From NCBI GenBank assembly GCA_944326915.1, contig CALVFT010000004.1, forward strand, positions 39,386 through 103,385: a stretch of DNA of 64,000 bases, read 5' to 3'. A program made the position numbers and the translations under genes. The stretch is from Candidatus Gastranaerophilales bacterium. GTDB taxonomy: Bacteria > Cyanobacteriota > Vampirovibrionia > Gastranaerophilales > Gastranaerophilaceae. Below the pieces are notes generated by a model, which saw only the letters and a list, made by a program, of their open reading frames with translations, ran no database searches and was not told the origin of the DNA. Shown here in pieces: positions 58,460 through 64,000 of the stretch. Every line of letters begins with the position of its first letter. The stretch's first letter is position 1.

Positions 58460-58532
58460 GCGCTTGTAGCTCAGCAGGTAGAGCACTCCCCTTTTAAGGG
58501 ATAGGTCGCGCGTTCGAATCGCGCCAAGCGCA
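58460..58532 (+). tRNA. tRNA-Lys (anticodon UUU)
   Basis: Hand-folded cloverleaf: acceptor GCGCTTG/CAAGCGC, D-arm GCTC-AGCAGGTA-GAGC, anticodon loop CTTTTAA, variable loop AGGTC, T-arm GCGCG-TTCGAAT-CGCGC, discriminator A. One 27:43 mismatch. CCA is not encoded. Confidence 0.85.
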
Positions 58533-58562
58533 ATTTTTTGTGCTTAAAAATAAGGTGGCTGA

Positions 58563-59468
58563 ATGGGAAATTTATCTGAGCAACTTTTTTTTAGATACCA
58601 AGAAGAGTTTCAAAATTCTATACTCAGACTCGTTGAGCCTTTTGAAAAAAAGAGAATAAAAGCAATTTTTAAGATGTTTTTCTTTTCTTTGTTTTTTGTG
58701 TCTGTTGGAGTTATTTTAGTTGTTTTTTTCTTTTATTTATTTCTTCATTCTATTTTCAATACTTTTTTATGGACAATAATTTTATTCGTAATTTATGCTT
58801 TTTTATTTAGAGGAATTTTTTACCATGTTGAGGTCGTAAGGGATTTTGAGGTAGAATTTTCCAAGTATATTTTGAAGTATTTTCTGAAACCGGTTGCAAA
58901 TTTCAAACCTTGGCCGTTGAACTACAATAAAGAAAGTATTATAGATTCTGGAATATTTCCTAATTTTGTAGTTCAGGAAGATTTAGAAAGTTATTTTGGA
59001 TTTTATAATAAAACGAATGTTATGATAACTGATACCTCTTTAGGTACCGTAACTCCAATGGATAAACATGATTTATTCAAGGGAATAATTTTGCAGTTTG
59101 AGTTTGAAAAAAAGTTGGCTGAACATTTGATAATTAAGCCTTCAAATGCTTTAAAACCAATTGGATATGTAAAATTGGACACAAGATTTGATAATTATTT
59201 TTCGGTATTTTCAAAAGATAAAAATGAAGATATTAATTTTATAGATGATGAATTTTTTGAACTAGTTAAAAATCTTGTTCTAGTATTTGGAGCACTATCT
59301 TTTTCTATGTCAATTTCTAACAATATCGTAGTTGTTGGACTCCCAACTAAAACAAAAGCTTTTCAATTTAGATGTATGTTTAAGTCTTTAAAAGATATAA
59401 AAACATACGATGAACTTATAAAAAAGTTCATCGCAGTTTTTAACTTAGTTGATAAGCTTAAAATTTAA
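58563..59468 (+). CDS. Hypothetical membrane protein (N-terminal TM hairpin plus soluble C-domain)
   Basis: 301 aa. Two long Phe-rich TM helices at about aa 37-85. The architecture is reminiscent of DUF3137-type proteins, but that is from recollection only. Confidence 0.45.
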   Translation: MGNLSEQLFFRYQEEFQNSILRLVEPFEKKRIKAIFKMFFFSLFFVSVGVILVVFFFYLFLHSIFNTFLWTIILFVIYAFLFRGIFYHVEVVRDFEVEFSKYILKYFLKPVANFKPWPLNYNKESIIDSGIFPNFVVQEDLESYFGFYNKTNVMITDTSLGTVTPMDKHDLFKGIILQFEFEKKLAEHLIIKPSNALKPIGYVKLDTRFDNYFSVFSKDKNEDINFIDDEFFELVKNLVLVFGALSFSMSISNNIVVVGLPTKTKAFQFRCMFKSLKDIKTYDELIKKFIAVFNLVDKLKI

Positions 59469-62422
59469 GCAGATTTTTTTATTTTATCAAGTAAATTTGA
59501 TTGTTCATTATTTGTTGTTGTAGCTGGCTGTGTCATAGTTGAGCTTGGGATAGAAGTCGTTGCGGTATTAGCTTTTTCTGCAACTAATTTGTTTGCTTCT
59601 TTAATTAATTTGCTTGCTTTGCTAAAATACCATCCGCCAAAGCCTAGTGCAGCAACAGAAACACCGCCAGTAAAAGCTGCAATCTTTCCAAGCTTAGAAT
59701 TATTATTTGTTACGTTTTCAACTACTTGTTTAGGTTTTATGTTTTCGACAGCTTTTTTTACTGTTTCTTCAACAGTATTTTTAATTTCTTCTATTGAAGT
59801 TTTTTGAGCCTCTTCTATAGATTGTTTTGCACTATCTACAGATGCTTTAATTGTTTTTTGAATTTCTTCTTTTGAAGTTGTAGTCAATTGTTCTATAGAA
59901 GTTTTTGCTTTTTCTATTGCTTCTTCTGTGACTTTTTTAATATTCAATTCAACTTTTTTCATTAAATCATCTACAGAAGTTTCGATATTTTCTTTTACCT
60001 GAGTTGTAGATGTTTGGATTTTTCCAAGTAAACGGTGCATTGGATTTTTGTTTCTTGCTCCAAATCCTTGATCTATTTTCCAAATATCTTCTTTGTACAT
60101 TTTATTGGCAGATTTTCCACCGTTAAATTCTCCGTTATTATGCCAATCAAAATGTTCTTCAATATTCTTTTTACATCTTGCTAAATAGCTTGGTCTGTCA
60201 TTTACGTACTCTTCTGCCATAGCTTTAAAGCAATCAGACACTTCATCAGATGATCTTGCAATTCTTGCGTCATCTATTTTATCAGCAGGAGTGCTCCAAT
60301 CCAAACCGTCAAACGGAGGGTTCATTTCTGGAGCAGTTTTAGTTTTCCATCCGTTTTTCTCATTGATGTAGTCTACCGGACCACCTGTTGCTGTAACAGT
60401 TGATGGAACACCTGCAGCTTTTGCTTCAAGTGGTGTGATTCCACACATTTCTCTTCTTGATGTAAATATAGCATGTGTCGCACATCCTACCAATTTATTT
60501 GGATATCGTCCATCTGCCAGCATAAGGTTATTTTTATATATGCCGCCATCAAGATTAATAATTTCATTGTATATTTTGTCTATCAAGTGCCATTCTCTTG
60601 AATTTTTATCAAAAGGTAAATCTCCCCAGCCTATTTGTAGGTTTACTCTTTGTTTCATTTCAGGACTGACATCTTCGCGTTTTAAAAATTTCAAAAAGCC
60701 TTCTAATGTTATCGGGAAACCTTTTTGTTCATCTGGTCTTCCCCAGCCGACAACTAAAAGATCTTTACCAGGTGTAAAGTTTAGAATATTACCGATAACA
60801 CTTCTTCCTTGTTCTATTTGTAAATCATTATACAATACTTTATTTACGGCATCCGGACCTTTTTCTTGTGCTTCAGCAAGTATATCCATTAACCATTTTG
60901 AATTTTTTTCACGAGTTTGAACGTATTTTTCAATATCTCCGTCATATACTAGCGGATGAAATCCACTTTTTCTCTCAGATAGAATATTGCCACCACGTCC
61001 AAAGTCTTGAGTATTATTATCTAGCCCCATTGAAGCAGGAGTTGATCCGTTTAGAGGACTTACTGTTTCGATTTCTCTTAAGTCAGCTCCGATTCCTGAA
61101 GCAACATCCATGTCTGGATTTTTCATTTCTTTGTCAAAATTTGGAGAAACTGTTCCCACAGATGAATTATCAGGATTTATCTTTTTCGCAACAATAGGAA
61201 TTTTAGTTATGTTATAAGCGTTAAAGAAGTCTTTAAACTGTCCTATAATTGGGTCAAAAACGCTTCTTACAAAATTCTTTTCTGTATCAGTAAGGTTATT
61301 CCAACCTCTTGCATTAAAGTTTTGTAGCAAATCATATTGCGGGTGTTTTTTTAGTGCAAGTACATCTTCTCTATCAAAAATTATGCGTGCGAACTTAAAT
61401 GGATCATCAGTAAAACCTTGATAGTTTCTACCAGGATTGTGTAGTGAATGGTGGGCAATTATTCCATTGAAATTGTCATCACCTCTAGCTGAGGCATCTG
61501 CAACAAAGCTGAATAATGTTGCAACAGTTCTGTCATGTAGCCAGTAACTTGCAGGTCTCCAATTGCCAAATTGTTCTGTGTTCATTTTTCTTTCAGCATC
61601 AAGTACAGCTCTTACAAAATCAGAGTTTACAATTTCTGCTTCAAATCCACCATTTCCACCCGGGCCATATGAATAAGGTTTTGTAGTTTTTGCTAATTCT
61701 CTTGTATATACCCAGTAGTTAGGGCTATTTTTCATTTTATTATAGGTTGGGTTATCTTTGGATATTTCAAAAATTTCATAACCTACGTTTTGTAATTCTC
61801 CGATTTTTTCATCAGACATTCTTTCAATGCTGCCTTTTACACCAGTAGGTTCGATCAAACAATATTTTGACAAACTAGTTGCTTCTTTACCGTTAGGTTC
61901 GCTTTGCACAACATAGCGTAAATCTTTAACATCAAACTTATGTGCTTTTGCAAATTCTTCAATAGATTGACCTGGTTCTGCACTCATAAAATGTTTTGCT
62001 TCTATTAAGTCTGGAAGCTTTCCATCAATTAATTCTATATTTTTAGTGTAAAGAAATTTATAACCACCCTTAGGGTTGTTATGTTGGTGAATAGGTGAGA
62101 AAGTTCTTACATCGAGTCCTTCATTTTTTATCATGCTCTGAGGTCCTTCGTAAGTTACTACTCCAAGTCCACCTTGGTAGTCTTCTGGAAGTCCAATCCC
62201 CATATTTTCGTATGCTAATGATGATACTTGATTAACATTTCTATCTGCTCCGGTAAAGCTTACTATTGACATTTGTGGGTGAAAGTTTGTTTTTATTCCA
62301 CTAAAAGAATAGCTGTCTTGGATATTATTTGTATATCCTTGATTTGTTATTTGTTTTGTTTTTGCATTGTAGGTTGCATTATTTGCTTTTACTGCAGATG
62401 ATGTTATTGACAAGACACGCAT
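59465..62422 (-). CDS. Large glycogen/starch-synthase-like GT-B glycosyltransferase with coiled-coil and a C-terminal TM anchor
   Basis: 985 aa. YQGGLGVV (compare KTGGL), VVGWGRPDEQKGF, and TSRREMCGITPLEAKAAGVPSTVTATGGPVDYI (compare SRFEPCGL...GGL.DTV). Charged repeats at about aa 790-890, then TM IAAFTGGVSVAALGFGGWYF. Confidence 0.65.
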   Translation of the reverse strand: MRVLSITSSAVKANNATYNAKTKQITNQGYTNNIQDSYSFSGIKTNFHPQMSIVSFTGADRNVNQVSSLAYENMGIGLPEDYQGGLGVVTYEGPQSMIKNEGLDVRTFSPIHQHNNPKGGYKFLYTKNIELIDGKLPDLIEAKHFMSAEPGQSIEEFAKAHKFDVKDLRYVVQSEPNGKEATSLSKYCLIEPTGVKGSIERMSDEKIGELQNVGYEIFEISKDNPTYNKMKNSPNYWVYTRELAKTTKPYSYGPGGNGGFEAEIVNSDFVRAVLDAERKMNTEQFGNWRPASYWLHDRTVATLFSFVADASARGDDNFNGIIAHHSLHNPGRNYQGFTDDPFKFARIIFDREDVLALKKHPQYDLLQNFNARGWNNLTDTEKNFVRSVFDPIIGQFKDFFNAYNITKIPIVAKKINPDNSSVGTVSPNFDKEMKNPDMDVASGIGADLREIETVSPLNGSTPASMGLDNNTQDFGRGGNILSERKSGFHPLVYDGDIEKYVQTREKNSKWLMDILAEAQEKGPDAVNKVLYNDLQIEQGRSVIGNILNFTPGKDLLVVGWGRPDEQKGFPITLEGFLKFLKREDVSPEMKQRVNLQIGWGDLPFDKNSREWHLIDKIYNEIINLDGGIYKNNLMLADGRYPNKLVGCATHAIFTSRREMCGITPLEAKAAGVPSTVTATGGPVDYINEKNGWKTKTAPEMNPPFDGLDWSTPADKIDDARIARSSDEVSDCFKAMAEEYVNDRPSYLARCKKNIEEHFDWHNNGEFNGGKSANKMYKEDIWKIDQGFGARNKNPMHRLLGKIQTSTTQVKENIETSVDDLMKKVELNIKKVTEEAIEKAKTSIEQLTTTSKEEIQKTIKASVDSAKQSIEEAQKTSIEEIKNTVEETVKKAVENIKPKQVVENVTNNNSKLGKIAAFTGGVSVAALGFGGWYFSKASKLIKEANKLVAEKANTATTSIPSSTMTQPATTTNNEQSNLLDKIKKSA

Positions 62423-62623
62423 TTCCCTATTGCTCCTTATATTTTATTTTGACCATTATTGTCTAACTTTTACCATTAATGAATATACTATGGATATACT
62501 ATCCTTTCAATGGCTATGCCAACCTTTATTAAGATTTATTAATGCTATTTTTTGTAAAGATATGATAATATTTTTTCTTGTTTTTGATACAATATTTTTG
62601 CACATTTATATAAAGGAACGATA

Positions 62624-63907
62624 ATGAATAGATTTTTTGGCTTAATTGGTATTGTATTAATTTTTGCTATTGCTTATTTGATGTCTAATAATAGAAAAGC
62701 GATAAATTACAAAACAATAGGTATGGGTTTTTTATTGCAGGTCGGATTAGCAATATTTATTTTTAAAGTTCCTTTAGGTAGAGCAATATTTTTTAATATT
62801 GGGCTATTTATCCAAAAAATTCTTGAGTTTGCAAAAGAGGGCGGAAATTTTGTATTTGGTCCTCTTATGAATGAGCCTAAACTTGCTGATTTGTTTGGAA
62901 ATGGTTCTGCTCAGGTATTTGCTCTTCAGTTGATTGCATCTTTAATCTTTATGATGATTTTGGTAAATATTCTATATTATTATGGAATAATGCAAAGAGT
63001 TGTGCCATTGTTCGGTAAGGCAATGAATAAGTTGATGTCTGTAAGTGGTGCAGAAGCATTATCAAATGTTGCAAGTGCTTTTGTTGGTCAAATTGCAGCT
63101 CAAATTATGATTAGACCATATCTGGCAAAGCTAACTAGATCAGAACTATTAGCATCTATGGCAGGTAGTATGGCTTGTATTTCAGGAGCTACGATGCCTA
63201 TTTACATTGGAATGGGAATTCCTGCACAGTATCTATTAGCGGCTTCTGTTATGGCTGCACCAGGAGCTCTCGTTTTAACCAAGATTGTATACCCAGAAAC
63301 CGGTACTCCTGAGACAAGTGAAGATATTAAAATTACCTATAGTAAAAGACGTAAACCTTATATAAATGTATTTGATGCTATTTCACAAGGTGCATCAGAA
63401 GGTATGAAAGTAGCAATAAATGTTGTTGCTATGATATTAGCTCTTGTTGCATTGGTAGCTTTTGTTGATTGGGTTTTAGCTTCTGTTGGAATGTTAATTG
63501 TAAAATATTTGCACATAAATTTTGTATCTTTTGACTTGACTCATTTATCTTTAAAGATGATTTTAGGTAAAATATTTGCCGTTTTTGCATTCTTTATGGG
63601 AGTACCTTTGCATGAAGCTACTACTGTAGGAAGTTTAATGGGTACAAAGCTCGTATTAAATGAGATGGTTGCTTACGTTGATTTGACTTCTGCACCACAA
63701 CAGTTATCTGAAAAAAGTTTCCTTATTGCATCTTTTGCATTGTGTAGTTTTGGAAACTTTGGTTCTATAGCAATTCAACTAGGTGGTATTGGAGAGTTGG
63801 CTCCAAACCAAAGAAAAAATCTTGCAAGACTTGGAGTAAGAGCTTTGATTTGCGGAACTTTGACATGTTATATGTCTGCTGCGATAGCGGGTGTTTTATT
63901 TAACTAG
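62624..63907 (+). CDS. nupC: Concentrative nucleoside transporter (NupC/CNT family)
   Basis: 427 aa, multi-TM. GAEALSNVASAFVGQIAAQIMIRPYL and LGTKLVLNEMVAY blocks are typical of CNT. Confidence 0.9.
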   Translation: MNRFFGLIGIVLIFAIAYLMSNNRKAINYKTIGMGFLLQVGLAIFIFKVPLGRAIFFNIGLFIQKILEFAKEGGNFVFGPLMNEPKLADLFGNGSAQVFALQLIASLIFMMILVNILYYYGIMQRVVPLFGKAMNKLMSVSGAEALSNVASAFVGQIAAQIMIRPYLAKLTRSELLASMAGSMACISGATMPIYIGMGIPAQYLLAASVMAAPGALVLTKIVYPETGTPETSEDIKITYSKRRKPYINVFDAISQGASEGMKVAINVVAMILALVALVAFVDWVLASVGMLIVKYLHINFVSFDLTHLSLKMILGKIFAVFAFFMGVPLHEATTVGSLMGTKLVLNEMVAYVDLTSAPQQLSEKSFLIASFALCSFGNFGSIAIQLGGIGELAPNQRKNLARLGVRALICGTLTCYMSAAIAGVLFN

Positions 63908-63910
63908 ATA

Positions 63911-64000
63911 TCAGTCACATTTGGGTAAATGTTTATGCCAATTGCCATCCAAGTTTTTTATAAAACGATGGGCATCTATAACATCGTCATAACTAATTGG
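63911..64000 (-). CDS. 3' end of an unidentified gene, truncated by the window edge
   Basis: Minus-strand frame open to the window edge: ...PISYDDVIDAHRFIKNLDGNWHKHLPKCD, stop at 63911-63913. Too short to assign. Confidence 0.25.
   Translation of the reverse strand, partial: PISYDDVIDAHRFIKNLDGNWHKHLPKCD

Noticed and set aside
58460-62422. tRNA-Lys as an integration site for a genomic island (hypothetical genes directly downstream)
   Set aside because: I found no integrase and no direct repeat of the GC-rich tRNA 3' end downstream. The flanking genes (pth, nupC) look core.
62430-62624. 64-aa ORF immediately upstream of nupC
   Set aside because: It spans an AT-rich promoter region, has no RBS, gives an implausible Phe/Ile/Leu-rich product, and ends exactly at the nupC start.

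Overview
The window is visibly AT-rich and densely coding on both strands, and most of it is housekeeping. My unverified guess at the source is a non-photosynthetic cyanobacteria-related lineage (Melainabacteria/Vampirovibrionia-like). The hints are a SigF-type group-3 sigma factor, an RNase E with a long charged tail, a plant/cyanobacterial-type SUT transporter, an orphan MlaE/TGD1-like permease and scattered type IV pilus genes.

Recognisable content:
- Cell wall and division: a partial dcw cluster (murF-mraY-murD-ftsW-murG, then folC).
- Translation and RNA: rplU-rpmA, gatC, pth, tRNA-Lys(UUU), and RNase E/G next to a large radical-SAM fusion.
- Metabolism: pyrG, ilvC, ilvE, panE, mazG, family-4 UDG, two tandem Zn-dehydrogenases.
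- Signalling and stress: rel (RelA/SpoT), radA, a histidine kinase, a CheY-like receiver and an HD-GYP protein.
- Transport: alsT and nupC.
- Type IV pilus / T2SS parts: pilD, a pseudopilin, a degenerate PilB-like protein and pilC.

I saw no CRISPR array, transposase, integrase or rRNA.

The best candidates for undescribed biology, all resting on motif reading only:
1. A tight BlaI-like repressor / unknown 128-aa protein / secreted serpin-like operon with no BlaR1 sensor (48187-49975).
2. Tandem paralogous small proteins, each with two RWYD motifs (46159-46871).
3. An HHTHHH upstream ORF overlapping a 14-bp long-range helix ahead of an unknown membrane protein (35109-35292).
4. A shared ~60-aa N-terminal module (MxxLSIxS...SFxG...SFxG) on unrelated proteins, including a 985-aa membrane-anchored glycogen-synthase-like enzyme.
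5. A receiver + catalytically degenerate PilB/GspE-like operon (27943-29699).
6. Tandem divergent thymidylate-kinase-like genes coupled to a YhaM-like OB-HD protein (7765-9986).
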